A stretch of DNA of 64,000 nt from Felis catus (GCF_018350175.1 NC_058373.1:109618001-109682000), one strand, 5' to 3'; positions 12,944-26,690 are shown, counted from the first letter of the stretch. Program-made: numbers and translations. Notes: generated by a model not told the origin, from the sequence alone.

Positions 12944-13562
12944 GACTACTATAATCCATGCATGATTATCTGCAGTTTTTACAAGTCATACCATTTTATC
13001 ATCATAACAAGCCTACTTGTTATAATTTGTTGTAAGAGAGGTCCACATTATAGCCATTTAGAGAAGAAAACACTGAGGTTCAGAAGAGTAAAAAAAAAAT
13101 CTGCCCGAGTTTTCCAGTACATGCTTACAACTGAAGGGAGGGAGCCTATATTTGTATCCATAGTGCCAACTCAATCAAGCATATGTAACAATTGTCAGTT
13201 TGGGTATACATCCTATGTACTTAAATCTCATTTTTTCTGTTACCTCATGTTGCAAATGAGGAGACTCAAGCTCGGACAGCAAGTGTATTAACTGGCTGAA
13301 GACCACACTGCCAAGTAAGGCAGAAAAGCCCATTTTAATGCAGTTCCTTCTTACCCCACGGTGCATATTTTAGCCCAATAATCTACTACTTAGAGTACAC
13401 AGGGGAGTCAGGCTGCAAATACATAGCTTGCTAACTTTCTTTCCACTACCTTATGTTAAAATAGCTCAATTCTTAATTTTGCTTGTGTCTTTACTGACAG
13501 GAGAAACAAGAATCAAACTAGACTGTGAAGAATACAGCTAGCTGCTATAGAAAATACGTTGA

Positions 13563-13791
13563 GGGGCGCCTGGGTGGCGCAGTCGGTTGGGCGTCCGACT
13601 TCAGCCAGGTCACGATCTCGCGGTCCGTGAGTTCGAGCCCCGCGTCGGGCTCTGGGCTGATGGCTCAGAGCCTGGAGCCTGTTTCCGATTCTGTGTCTCC
13701 CTCTCTCTCTGCCCCTCCCCCGTTCATCCTCTGTCTCTCTCTGTCCCAAAAATAAATAAAAACATTGAAAAAAAAAATTAAAAAAAAAAAA
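13563..13791 (+). mobile_element. Young CanSINE (SINEC_Fc), CpG-rich
   Basis: CpGs retained; TSD agaaaata(c/g)gttga; near-identical to the copy at 46198. Confidence 0.97.
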
Positions 13792-14799
13792 AGAAAATAG
13801 GTTGAAATCTCATGGCTAGGATACATTATGCCTAACTCAATAAAAAAGTTTTAAGTTGAGATGACCAAAAATCCCTTCTGAGATCCTTTGAGAATCTACA
13901 GAGAATAAAATATCTGCTCCAAGAAAAGGAATGCGGTAAATGTCATCCTGATTTGCAAAAGGGAAAGGTAGGAGGGTTCCCGTGTCATAAGAAAACCAGG
14001 CTTAGGTACAAACCACGCCAGGACTAGGTGGCGCCACGGGAGGCTGTGGGGAGAGAAACAAGCAGGGGGAAGAGGGGGTGTAAATAACGAATGAGCGAAA
14101 CTACATGGTACACAAATGAAGGAGCTGCCAGCTCCAGGATACTTGAGGCATGGCGGCGGGAGGAAAAGGAGGGTGTGTAGGGGCAGGGCGTAATCTCAGC
14201 ACGATGCCTTAAGCTCCAAAAGGCCAAGCAGGTCCCAAGTCAGAAACAAACAACCCAGGAAGGGAGCTCAGGAGAATCACACTGGGGACGGAGACCCCAC
14301 TCCTGCAAGGTGCTAGGATCCCGGGTAAGTCATCAGCAGACTAAGGGGTATGAAGAGAGGCAGGAGGCCAGCTTTACAGGTTAGCAACAAGAACGAACGG
14401 GTGTTCTGGAAAATGGCAGCTAATTGGCACCCAGAGCTTATCCCCAACATGACAGTTAATGCTCTGCTTAGTCACAGGATTACATTCAAGCACCACTCGG
14501 TGGTGTTATTGATTTTGCCAACACTCTGCCTGTCCCTTTCCTGACTGATTCAGGAACTGCGGTGAGCCCTCATGTGAAGGTTGAGTTCATCAACAGACCC
14601 AGCAGAGGGAAGGTAAAGGAGGCAAAAGTTGTAGAAATGAGGCAAGGGCTGAAAACAAAGCACTAGTACATGGACTTCACTATGTATACTCAGTTTCTCG
14701 TCTCTGCAAAAACTCGGGAGACAGATGATCAATCGCATGGTTTGTTAAGTACTGAGGGTATCATTACCAATAAGGAGCAGGAGCCCCTAGAAGTTCACT

Positions 14800-16175
14800 A
14801 ATGTCCCATGGCAGATGAATGGCATTCCTTTTTATGATAAAGTCTCATGGCCCATAAATGAGGGGGATGCTGTAAGCACACAGTCCTGGCTTTTACTCTG
14901 GCATCTGACGAAGTCTCTACACTCTCCTTATGAACAAAATTTTAAAATGAAAGAAGGATGATGACATTCTAGAGTAAATTTCTAACGGGTTTAAGGATGG
15001 AATTCAAAGACTGTTGATTAATGAATCTGTGCTAAATAAAGGGAAGTCGCTAAAGGCATGCCAAAGGCCTCTATCATCAGTGCTGGCTGTTTTAACAACT
15101 TCTTCAGTCAATGACCTGAGATGAAGCCAATAGCTACTAGCACAGTTAAGAAAGTCGCAGATGTGATCGAGATGGAAGGCACGATGAATGCGGTGGATGA
15201 CAGGCTCAAGATACAGAAAGACTTCAAAAGTCTGGGGAGAAATGATATTCTGCAGAAATACATGTCAAATCCTACGGCAAATCGTACAACGAACGAGAAC
15301 AAGAGAAAACGTGGCTTTACATTATGCATAAAGCTAAATTAGAAATCAGTTAAAGACCACACGTTAACACAACTTATGTTAACACAAGTTAACAGTGCCA
15401 TGGAACAGCAGGAAGAGCTAATGAGACTTCTTCCCCTTTAAGAAACCTGGCACCGGCGGAGAACCCAATTCTAAGCTGTGCTGGACTGACAAGGCTCAGG
15501 GCACTATGTCCTGACAGAGACAGAAGCCTTCCAAAACTGACAAATGAGACAGGGTCCACAGAACTAAAGACAAAGTCTAGAACAGAGAGCATACGGACAG
15601 TGGCTCGGCTGGATCCAGAAGGCGGATGGGCATAGTTCATCCTGAGCAGGAGTTTAGAACTCATATGAGAAAACTTCACAAATAATCTGGATTTCTGTTT
15701 CTCTCGAGGGAAGAAAAGAAAAAAAAAAGTCTACCAATAACTGAAAGAAGAGGGGTAGCCAAAGCTCCCTTTAGTAGAACTCTGTCTACCTCCTATTATC
15801 TGACACCTGGCCACCATACTTATTATAAATGAGCCTAGAAGCATTTGAGTTGCAACTGCTGTTCTAGGGAAAAAGAGCCAAGAGGTAAACACAAACACTG
15901 TGGTCTAAGACCTGAACTGTTGTGTCTGAGCCAGTGAGTACTAAAGGACTATTCTGGGGAAATAAGGCCAGAGGGTACACGGTATAGGGAGGGTCAATAA
16001 AAAAAAGAACTTTCTAACAAAAACAGAATAATCTGCCCAAGTATATGGTCCTCCTTCACTAAAAAATAATAAATGGGAGTCACCCTTTTCAGGGTCCCAA
16101 AGGAGACTAATTCACTGGGTGAAGAACTAGAACAGACATGCAAAACATCCCTTCAAGTCTGGGTTTCTCTGATGT
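14800..16175 (+). mobile_element. CR1/L3 LINE remnant (RT region to 3' end)
   Basis: Degenerate L3 motifs: tgacgaagtctct, caaagactgttgattaatga, caatgacctg, aagaactttctaacaa, tcccttcaagtctg. Confidence 0.6.
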
Positions 16176-17736
16176 TTTAATCTAATGAGCTTCATTATCA
16201 TCAGTACCCATCTACCATGAAGAACACACTGAGCTGGGCCATGCAAGCTTTCGGTGTACTATTTCCATGTCAACTGAACACGGGCTTCACTATCTGATCC
16301 TCTTGGGTACTTTAACTTACCATAAACATAAGGAAACCTTAATACTTCGTTAGTGTTGACAAGTGAGGACTACTCCTGCCCTGCAGTCATTCCAAGTTAT
16401 AGTGAGGGGAATCACAAGGAGGCATCATGGCATAATGGACAGAAAACCAGAACAGGAAACTGCCTGGGGAAACTTGATAATCTTCCAAACCTCAGTGTAT
16501 TTCATCTGTAAAATGGGACTAAAATTCAGCTGTGTCTATTCTAGACTGTTGTACAGACTAAATTAAACGATGCATGTAAAGATGCTCTGACAATTGTACA
16601 GTGCTATATAAATGCAAGGACCTTCCAGTACAAAACACCACAGACTGATTACGTTGTTGCTTTTTTGTCTCAAATGCATTTTGCTTCCTTGGTAGTAGAA
16701 TCTGGATCAGTCTACCTATCTGCCCAACCAATGAATGCTCCATGTATCCACCTATTTACCTACCTCTCCATCTCTAACTCAAACCTCACTTTTCCAAAGC
16801 CTCTCAACCCAATATATCCAGAATTCTAAATGTATTAATTTAATTAAGGAGGGGAAATGAGGTCATCACAAAGATGATCAACCTTTCTCCAGGAAAGGCA
16901 CAGAAGATCAACTGCTTGCTAAAATAATGTTTTCAATTTTAAATTCTGCTTACTGGCTCACTAGGAGATAGATACTAATTCTTTTTTTCCCCTGGTGATC
17001 ATTAATCATTCAGAAAGGAGCTACACCAGTCCATACACCAGTTGGCTCAAGTACCCATTTTTAGAGAGGAATGTCAACAACAGGAGCAAGAACACGTTAC
17101 CTAAAAATTCAGTGTCATGAACATTCCCAAGTCCCACGTAAGAAGGAAGATGTGATCTATAGTTATAAAATGTAAAGTGGCAAGTCAGGAAGAATACATA
17201 CCCTGAGAAGTTCCAAACAGAGAGGTGAGAGTTAATCCCTTTATGGGAATTTTAAATTGTCAGGCTGTGCTATTTCCTACTGCGAAAGCTCACCAGTATC
17301 TGACTTTGATTATTTATTGAAGGTTATTTCTGCTCTAGGCCATGCTTATTCACTTTTAACAGACCTAAGCAATGGTTCTTTAAGAATCCTTATGCAAATA
17401 GGAGTTTTCAAGCTACATAAAGTTTCACACAAACCAGAGTTATATTCACGGAATTCCTTTATAATTAAATTTTAAGCAAGAAAACTGCAGGGAGTTAGGC
17501 ATTAGCATTCCTTGTTGTTTAAAATGTAATTAATGTCCAGCAATAAATTAAATAATAAATTAAACAGGTACTTGTCACTTTTAACAGGTAATAATGGGAA
17601 CTAACATATATACAGAATACATTTGTTTAAAAGGTGATATAACTGTCATTGAAAGATTTTTTAACAATCAAGAGAAAATAAGATAAAGTGTTAGCAATTG
17701 AATGACAAATTCGGGCAACCACAAAAATGTGCTTAC

Positions 17737-17829
17737 CTGTAATACAAATTTCTGATCTATGTATTTTTTGGCAATGCTGGGTTGGAATTCTTGGCTTTCC
17801 AAAAATCGTATGAAAAATTCATATACAAG
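17737..17829 (-). CDS. PPP2R5E: PPP2R5E coding exon 5 (93 nt): [31 protein letters not shown]
   Basis: Within ORF 17668..17949; acceptor tttgttgcag|CTT, donor TTA CAG|gtaagc; phase 0-0. Confidence 0.97.
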
Positions 17830-18695
17830 CTGCAACAAACAGATTATAATTAATTTCAAATTGTACTTCACTGAGCATAGTATCAAAAACCATAAAAAGT
17901 CTGTAACACTAAAACTGACAGGGCTTAGAAAACTGAGTTTTAGTATCAATTACAAGCTACGCCAGCCCTTCTTGTGGTTCACAGTCGCTATTATGTTTTT
18001 TAACTTTTCAAATTAAAAATCTAATACAGCCAAACAAAGCAAATAGAAATTCCCCCACAGCCTCACTACTCAGAGATAACCACTGTCAACTATTTAATGT
18101 ACGAATCTCCTCATTTTTCTCTATACTTCTACAACATACCAGTGAACTATAAATATATTCTTATATAGTTTTCAAACTACTTTTACCATCTGAACAATAT
18201 ATTATATACAATTTATGTCAATAATAACTAAGCCATCTTTCTTAGTAGCTACAAAGAGTCCACTACATATAATTTTTAAATTAATAATTCCATTATTCAT
18301 AATCAATTTAACCAATCTCCTATGCTTCGACGTTTAAATAGTTTCTCAATTACTTCTCTATCAAATTATGCCACATTGTGTATCATGTAATATATATCAG
18401 TGTGCATTTGCTCAATTATTGCATGAGGAAATATTTCTAGAAGTGCAACATTAGAGTAAAAGGTATCCAGACATTTCAGGATTTTCAGCATTTATTGCCA
18501 CATTTCCTTTCAGAAAATCTATGGCAATTTACACTCCTCTAAGCAATGTATGATGGTTTAGCAGAAAACTCTCATCTGCAAGGAATGAGAATATTCTCAT
18601 CTGCAGAATCAATCTGAAATAACTGTTCTAATAAACAGTAGAAGATCATTGTTTATGTTCTTGGCAAAATAAATCTATGTTAAAGTACACATGAG

Positions 18696-18924
18696 GGGGC
18701 CTGGGTGGCTCAGTCAGTTGAGCGTCTGACTTTGGCTCAGGTCATGATCTCGCGGTTCGGGAGTTCGAGCCCCACGTCAGGCTCTGTGCTGACAGCTCAG
18801 AGCCCGGGGCGTGTTTCGGATTCTGTGTCCCCCTCTCTCTCTGCCCCACCCTGCTTGTGCTCTGTCTCTCTCTTTCAAAAATGAATAAACATTAAAAAAA
18901 TATTTTTTTATTAAAAAAAATTTT
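18696..18924 (+). mobile_element. CanSINE
   Basis: Consensus head/body; TSD ttaaagtacacatgag. Confidence 0.95.
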
Positions 18925-18984
18925 TTAAAGTACACATGAGATCCTGGTATAATATACAACAGTTCATAAAAACAGAACTTGTAA

Positions 18985-19145
18985 GAGGCAGACAGACACT
19001 GTGTTGGGAGTCTAGCTCTGTCCCCTACTGTGTAGCCCTAGGCAAGTTAATTTCTCTAAAATTACTTCAACTGAATAATGAGGATGATAATCCCTAAGAC
19101 CGAATGTGATAATATATATAAAGCACTGTGCACAGTAACTAATAC
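18985..19145 (+). mobile_element. MIR remnant
   Basis: tactgtgtagccctaggcaagttaa...taaagcactgtgcacagta. Confidence 0.6.
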
Positions 19146-19173
19146 ATATCACCATTATCACTATTACCTAAAA

Positions 19174-19266
19174 TAGCATTCTCAAGAGTTTTTAGTCCTA
19201 CTCCTTTACATTTAAAAATTGTTGAAGACTCCCAAACCTTTTGTTTATATGATAAATGTGAAAAAC

Positions 19267-19303
<37 letters not shown>

Positions 19304-20558
19304 GTCAGAAAAACAATGAGAAAATTTCAAATACGTACTTGTTATTTCATTTTAAAACAACACATTACACATTAACATAAATAATGTATGTTTGTGGGAA
19401 ACAACCATATTTTCCAAAACCATTACTGAGAAGCATTATTTTTATTTTTGAAAAATCTATAATTGCATATTAGAAAACAGTTTAATATCTGCTTCGGTAT
19501 TCAATCCATTGTGACATACTGTTTTGGTTGAAGTATGTAAACAAAATTGAGCCTCATGCAGATCTAACAGTATGAAAAAGGATGAGTATTTTCATAGTAT
19601 TTTCACACAATTGTGGATATTCTTTTTTGATACTACACCAAAACTTGACAGTTGTTTCTCAAATAGGAGTTGCACTGGAGAATCTGAAACCAGAATCAAT
19701 GAGTTTTTCATACTTTGTTACACTAAATTCCAACGGTCTGCCATGTACTCTTGAATGGGTCTTTACCGTGTATGGTTTCCTAACATCATTCACTGGAAAA
19801 TACTGGTTCACTGAGTTATGCATTTTTCAAATGGTGACAAATTTTACTAGATTGTATCAAAAAGTCACATTCCTTAATATCTCCAATTTCATCAAAAAGT
19901 CTAAGCTTTAATTAGCTATAAAGTTCAGCAGAAAGACAAGTTTTCCAAAACTCTAATTCTAAATTTTGCTGGAATGCTCTAATTTAATCAGCACTGGCGA
20001 TGATTTTCTTTGTCTATTTTCAAAAAAAAAACATCTACCAAATACCCAAGTTGGAGCAAGCACAGTTTGCTAGACATTCCTGTGGGCAAAACTGATCATC
20101 TCATGGAAAGACAGCTAGTGTAGCCTGTAGCTCAATCACACAAATGCTTTAGCATTTGTATACGATCAGTATACTTAAGTATACAGTCATTGGGCTTTAT
20201 GCATACTTCCCACTTTGTCACAGAGAATATTTCTTAAAATGTGTACTCGAAAGTCAAGACTTAATGATGTTTAGCTTAATAATTTTTGCTGCTTCTCCAA
20301 GAACATTCTTAATTGAAACTGGCTGTTTTTTGTCAATGCATGTCAGTGAAGGATATCTACTAAGCCAACGTGCCACAACCGCTGCGATTTGTGCTAAGGC
20401 AGCAGCAATTTGAACCACCAACGCTTTTGCAAATATGATTTCAAATGTCAACACAGTGAAAACAGCAAACAGCATAGTATTATTATAAAACCAGTTTTGA
20501 CTTTGCAGGCCTGAAAATCAGGTCTCAGGGTCCCCCCAAGGGACTGCTGAGACCACTA
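19174..20558 (-). mobile_element. Charlie1a-like hAT DNA transposon fossil, near full length (~1.4 kb)
   Basis: Degenerate terminal inverted repeats tagcattctc...gagaccacta; internal match to Charlie1a as recalled; 8-bp TSD acctaaaa/acttaaaa. Confidence 0.8.
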
Positions 20559-20732
20559 ACTTAAAAGCATCATACAGTGACCTTACCTACGACTTTAGAC
20601 TTTAGCTTAATGCTTAAATTAGGTATGCACATTAGGATTTTACTTTAAAGTAAAAAACTGTTTTTCTCTTTGAAATTCTGAATTTGGAAAAACTTCTTGC
20701 CCAATGACCTGAACATTATCAAATTGTACTTC

Positions 20733-20986
20733 TTTTTTGTTTTTAATGTTTATTTATTTTCAGAGAGAGCAAGAGAGAGAGCACGCATGCACATGAGAGC
20801 AGGGGTAGGGGAAAGATAGAGAAAGAGAGAAAAAGAGAGAGAGACAGAGACAGAGAGAATCCCAAGCAGGCTCCGTGCTCTCAGCGCAGAGCCCGATGTG
20901 GGGCTCAATCTCACAAACCGTGAGTTCATGACCTGAGCCAAAATCAAGAGTTGGATGCTTAAGCAACTGAGCCACCCAGGTGCCTC
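20733..20986 (-). mobile_element. CanSINE
   Basis: Reverse consensus ending gccacccaggtgcctc. Confidence 0.95.
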
Positions 20987-22258
20987 TGTCAAGCTGCACT
21001 TCTGGCATCATAATGTGACTGAGTCCCGACACCTTCTAGAAGAATTGTTCTTGTTTCATACACTAGGTTTTCCACTCTCTTTTACAAACAGAATGTCAGC
21101 CTTATTCAAATAACCATAAAAGGGGGGTTAATTCCCATAAGTGGAGAGATTCTCATCTTGCAGGCCTGACTTGTGGGCTGGCAGGACTTTCCAGCAAGAT
21201 TGGCAAAACGCTCTCCCCACTCTGGTCCCTTGAAAGCAGTTATGGTTTAAAACACTTGGGTGGAAACACTTCAGACACATTTATTAATAAGCATAAATGT
21301 TCTCTACACTTACGAGACAGATTTTTACCTCAGAATCAAAAATCTCTCTTGGATTCCCAAAGGGAAAGACAGACTGGGGACTGAGAATAATTTACTTTTC
21401 AAGGTCACATAAATGAATTCTCCAAGGAACAAGAGTAAAAAAACTGTAGCATTTCTATTTTTCAGTCTCAAGTGTAGAGGCGCCAAAAACAACCCTCTGA
21501 TTGCAAATGGAAGTCCTGCAAAATCATATTCTACTGGAAATACACACCCAAATACAGAAAATACACAAAGAATAACCATGGTAACTGTGGGATACCAGTT
21601 TAAAAGATACCAATGCAGGTAACGGAAAAGATCAAGTAACATACATATAGTAGAACCTTTGATATATTTAAGCTAAAAATTTGGATTTAAACATTTTTCT
21701 ATTTTTAAATCTCTCCAAAGAGCCAGGATTTCTTATGAGTAATCTTGTATGGGCCACAAATTTAAATCAGACAAGATGTGTGCAGAAGCAGTCTACCCAA
21801 TCAATAACCACATCTCAAAATGCAATTTGGTTGTTCTCTACTATTACCATATATTTGGTAATGAACACCTTGCTTCCTTATAAAATGTGGTCCACAAGAA
21901 GAAGCACGCTGCCAAAGCTGGAGCTAATAAATGCCGGAGCTGTGTTTTGGTCAGAAAAATAGCTGAATCGATGAAAAAGTCAAATGTTAAATTTCGTGAT
22001 AACTTACTATACTATAACATGCATGACTTATCATGAACAGAAAAAAGATTTCTTGAACCTTCAGAGAGTGCTCGTCAGTACTAAAAACCACCTATCAGTG
22101 AAAATGGAAAGGTGAAGAATTTGTGGAGTCAGAATACATAAGAGAAACACAGGAATCTTGAGTACAAAGACTTCCATAAAGGAATAGTTGCTGAAGGCAA
22201 CAGAGGGTGCCCACTGACTTGACCTTTACTAGGAATAAAGGCCAATTTGTGAATTTTT

Positions 22259-22475
22259 AAAAAAATTGTTTAATGCTTATTTATTATTGAGAGATGGAGA
22301 GACACAGAGCGTGAGCAGGGGAGGGGTAGAGAGGGGGGAGACACAGAATCCAAAGCGGGCTCCAGGTTCTGAGGTGTCAGCACAGAGGCCGATGCGGGGC
22401 TCGAACTCACAAACTGCGAGGTCATGACCTGAGCTGCAGTCAGTCGCTTAACCAACTGAGTCACCCAGAGGCCCC
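22259..22475 (-). mobile_element. CanSINE
   Basis: Reverse consensus; TSD caatttgtgaatttt. Confidence 0.95.
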
Positions 22476-24409
22476 GTCAATTTGTGAATTTTAAAGGTAG
22501 GTTTCCTTTATCTGATCCAACTTAAGTCATATTTCCCCCTGAGCTAAAGAAGGGATGAGACGATTATAGGCTTGAACAGAGCGGCAACACAGATGGAACC
22601 ACACCGTTCTGGGATACAGTTCGTGACTTTACATCCAGAAGGGGACAGCTCTCCCTGCTGTTCCTCACCGTTGCTTCGGTTTTCGAGTTTCAGGTGAACT
22701 AACAGTTAATGCTCCAGTAGCAATGACACAGGGTAAGCTAGAGATTTTTGGTGGCAGAATTTAGTTTAATAGCTTTAGAAATTAATTTGGTCCTGTATTT
22801 TATAGAGTCATTAAGCTTAGAAAGGATTAACTGAAATACTTAAACTTTACTGTGCTTTAGGAGAAATTTATATCTTTGGTGATCACGATTTAGAGTATTC
22901 AAAAAGCTCTTGCAAATGGCCAGAGTGGTCTACTGTCTCTGGGATGCGGAGAAGACAAATTGAAGCTTTGAAGACATCTCTCTGTCTTTTCCACGGTGAG
23001 ACGTGGGGCTTCCCTGAGATTATCGTTTGTTTTGTTTTTTTAAATTTCTTCCAGACTATACTGTACTTCTATGACTGATGAGCATTACGAATAAGACAGG
23101 ACAAGAAGTCCACCTATTCGAAAGAATTTTTTTTTTTTTAATTTTTGTCACCATTTGGGATGTACCAGGAAAAGCACAAATAATTTTCCAAATTTCTTAG
23201 ATCGCAGATAGTATGTCTGACACCTTAAAAAAAAAAAATATCAAGCAGCTAAAACAGGAAATCAGCTACACTGTTTTAACTAATTTACTCAATCCTGGCA
23301 TTGATAGCAGGGATACATATGTATAACATGCCTGGGTAAGAGTTGAGAAAACAGAGCCCCTGAAAGCTCTCCTCCTAACTAGGAGAAATAGCATACATAT
23401 GTATCTGTAGCGACCTTGAGTTGCCAAAGCAAGACAGGGAAAGTTGCAAATCGATGTCAAAAATTCTGACGTGGGGAAAAAATAAACTTGTAGAATATCT
23501 CTAGGCCTCATCGTGCTGCTGCACAGTTTTCTGCTCTTTAGAAAGTCAACTAGTAGCCGTGAGCACACTTCAAAGATGCGATATCGGGCTTCTGCCTCTG
23601 CGTGACTGATGTACGAGGTTCTGTTCCCTCTCTCCATCCCTTCCCTCCTGGCTGGTTGTCATCCGGCCTCTGAGGACATCCTAACTCGATGGAAAGATAG
23701 CCTTGGGGACCATTCCATTCATATTTCCTTGTTCTCTTCCTTTGAGAAACGTGGGCCTGGAGCGCGAGCAGCCAGGAGACCAGTATGGAACAGTACATAC
23801 AGTACAGATGGGCCGGGTGCTGGGAGCGGAGATGCGGGGACGGCCCTGATTTGTCCCGGCACGTGCGTAGGACTGGAAAACATGGCCTTCTCAGTGCAAG
23901 AGAACAAAACTGGCCTTCACGCAAGCTTTCTATCAGCTGTTGCTCTTTCTTGCACGATGTAGCAGCTACTGCAATTCGTTTTTGCCCTTCTAGGCTACAG
24001 AAACACATCTGTGGTTATCACGAAGACAGGAGTTCAAGGTCCCCAGGATACCTGCTGCTGAAAATGAGATATAGACTGTGACCTAATCACATCTAACTAA
24101 TAATGTGAAAACAGCTCAGCTCCTGTTGGAGGCCGCGGCAGGCAGGATCACAGAGAAGCTCTAATAAAAGAACAAGAACTGTGCAACTTGGGAGAAACCG
24201 CACTAAAGCATTACACCGAAACTTATTATTTTATTCTTTTGGCATCCTAATTATCAAGAGTGAGAAACACAGAAAGCATTCTCTAAGCTTTCAACTAACG
24301 TACTCTAATTTTGATTTCCGGGTGAATAAAGGCCTTCAAGAAACTCCCATGCTAATCAGCTAATAAGTTAATGGATCTTTCTTTTATAACAAATGGTAGT
24401 TCAAAGTAC

Positions 24410-24511
24410 CTGTAAGTGTGGCCATGATGCCTCAAGGGTAGGTTCATCTTCTTCTGGATCAAATTCATTGCTGTCACTAGGAGGGAGAGTTCTGAATATA
24501 TTGCAAGACAC
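24410..24511 (-). CDS. PPP2R5E: PPP2R5E coding exon 4 (102 nt): [34 protein letters not shown] (conserved acidic loop)
   Basis: Not in the ORF track; found by manual translation; acceptor tatttttag|GTG TCT TGC, donor TTA CAG|gtactt; B56 signature [11 protein letters not shown]. Confidence 0.97.
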
Positions 24512-25223
24512 CTAAAAATAAACAAGCAGCAGAGTTAGCTGGAAGCACCTCCTGGGCAGCCGTACACAAGGTCTGCAGCCAGCCAAAGGGAACCCAGATG
24601 ACAGATGATGGGAACACCATCGAACTGGAACAGGGACCTCTCTCCACAGGCTTTGAGGCCAAGACCACCTCTCGGCAAAGCCAGAAACTAGTAGAGCAGC
24701 ACCTCCAGCCCTCCTGAACAGTACTCCTTGCCCAGGCCCCTTTGATTTTAGACCTCCCATCAAAGCCTGGTCGTGCTTACTTACCCGGCAAGCATGCTTC
24801 TAAGATAGAAATAATTAATGGGCTAATGGGCTTTATGTACTTCCCTTTCCAGGTTTATTCACGATTTGCAAATTAACAGTTGAACTAATGGTAAAATCCC
24901 AGGCATTTACAAAAAGCAAATCAGAAAAGATATTTCCAAACCTAACATACTTGAAATCATCCTTCACCTGTTCTCAGTTGGTTTACAAAGCAGTAATGAT
25001 GCCCTGAGTCAGCTGTATCTGTGACACAAATCTCTGTGAACTGACTAGGTATTCCGTTACCATCGGCAATTTCCAAATTAAATGCTGGTTGCTCAAAGAA
25101 TGGCCAGGAGTTGATAACTATTGAAACTGGGTGATGAAGGCATGAGGACTCATTATGCCAGTCTAATATTTCTGCACATGTTCCAAGATTTCTGTAGTAA
25201 AATGCTTATTTTAAAACTGCGGC

Positions 25224-25432
25224 GGGCACCTGGGTAGCTCAGTCGGTTACGTGTCCGACTTTGGCTCAGGTCATGATCCCACTGCTTGTGGGTTCTAGCC
25301 CCGTGTCAGGTCCTATGCTGCCAGCTGCCAGCTTAGAGCCCGTTTCAGATTCTGTCACTAGCTGTCTGCCCCTCCCCGGCTCAAACTCTGTCTGTCTCTT
25401 TCTCCCTCTCTCTCTAACATTAAAAAAAATAA
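25224..25432 (+). mobile_element. CanSINE
   Basis: Consensus head; TSD tttaaaactgcggc. Confidence 0.93.
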
Positions 25433-25734
25433 TTTAAAACTGCGGCTGGTACTATTCTTGAGGTTCCTTTTTGATTTGTTTCTTGCCCCACGTAGTCATC
25501 CATCCTCTCTCAATGACCCAAACATATTCTCAGATGTGAAGAAAAAATGGGAGGAGGGGGGAGAGGAGGTGTCAGTGGGGTAAAATGTGTACAAGGCAAG
25601 AAAGGAGACTGCACCAGAAGCCTTTGCTGGACTTTCTGTATAATGCAGAAAATACTAAATATAGCACGCTGCTCTGGAAGAGAGAAGAAGAAAGGCTTTT
25701 GGGGTCCCATTAATCCAAATGTATTTGTTTACTT

Positions 25735-26690
25735 AACAAATAGTTACTAAATGCCCATCATGTTCACACACTGTTCCAGGCACCGGAAAAATAACAATGA
25801 ACAAAGCAGAAAAAAGTCTGTGCCCTCTAGGAGCTTATGTTTTATTTAAACCCCTAAGTATCCCAATTTCCTCACTATGGAAACTGAGCCCAGATGTATA
25901 AGCTATGGAAAAGAGATTTGATTTGATTTGATTTGATTTGAAGTGTCATGGGAAGCCATTAGTTGATCTTAAACAGGAATGTGACATGATTTGATTTTTG
26001 CTTTTTAAAAAATCATTCTGGTAGCTCTGTATTGAACAGACAGGAAGGGGACAAGTTAGAAGCCTCTGAAGGTGGCAAGAGATGATGATGGCTTGGACTG
26101 GGATGGTGGCAGAGGAGACAGAAATAGATCGATTCAAAATATACTCTGGAGGTAATATTTGCTGTTGGCTTGGATATATGGGGTGAAGAAAAGGAAAGAA
26201 TCAAGGATGAGTCATAGATGCAAGGCCATCTACCCAAGATGGAGATGGCTGGGAAAGTGAAAGCTTTTTTTGTTTACGTGTGTGGGTGGGGAGGTCCAGA
26301 GATCCAGTTAGGAATGCGTTAAAGAAGCAATATCTAGGAGGTGATCAAACATATGAATCTGGACTTCCAAGCTGGACAGGTCAGGACTAGAGACATATAA
26401 GGACTCTTTGGCATACAGATGATATTTAAAGCCGTGAGACTAACGGATCAGCGTGGAAAGGAGTAAACAGAAAGACCCTCAGGCATCCAACACTCAGAAA
26501 TGAGACAGGAAAAGAACCACCAGGCAACACAAATGAAAAGGAACAGAAAGAAAGTAGGAGAAGAAAAGAACTAGTTTAGGGTCTCAGGAGCTAAGGGTAT
26601 CTTAGGAAGGACAAAGACGTCAGCAGCAGCAAGTGCTGCTCTGAGGTTGACTGAGACGCGCATAGAGCAGTACCTATCGGATTCGGCAGC
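25735..26690 (-). mobile_element. L2 LINE fragment
   Basis: Reverse L2 motifs: atgggaagccatt, aaaatcattctggtagct, gatgatggcttggact, aggaaagaatcaaggatga, gatatttaaagcc. Confidence 0.8.

Noticed and set aside
543..14036. CTCF-like motifs ccacaagagggggcag (544) and ggactaggtggcgcca (14021)
   Set aside because: Each mismatches a highly constrained core position; not supportable without a PWM scan or ChIP
21314..21515. Possible cryptic exon (tttgcag acceptor, gtaaaa/gtaagt donors) overlapping ORF 21325..21642
   Set aside because: Weak pyrimidine tract, frameshifting lengths (187/202 nt), no protein similarity
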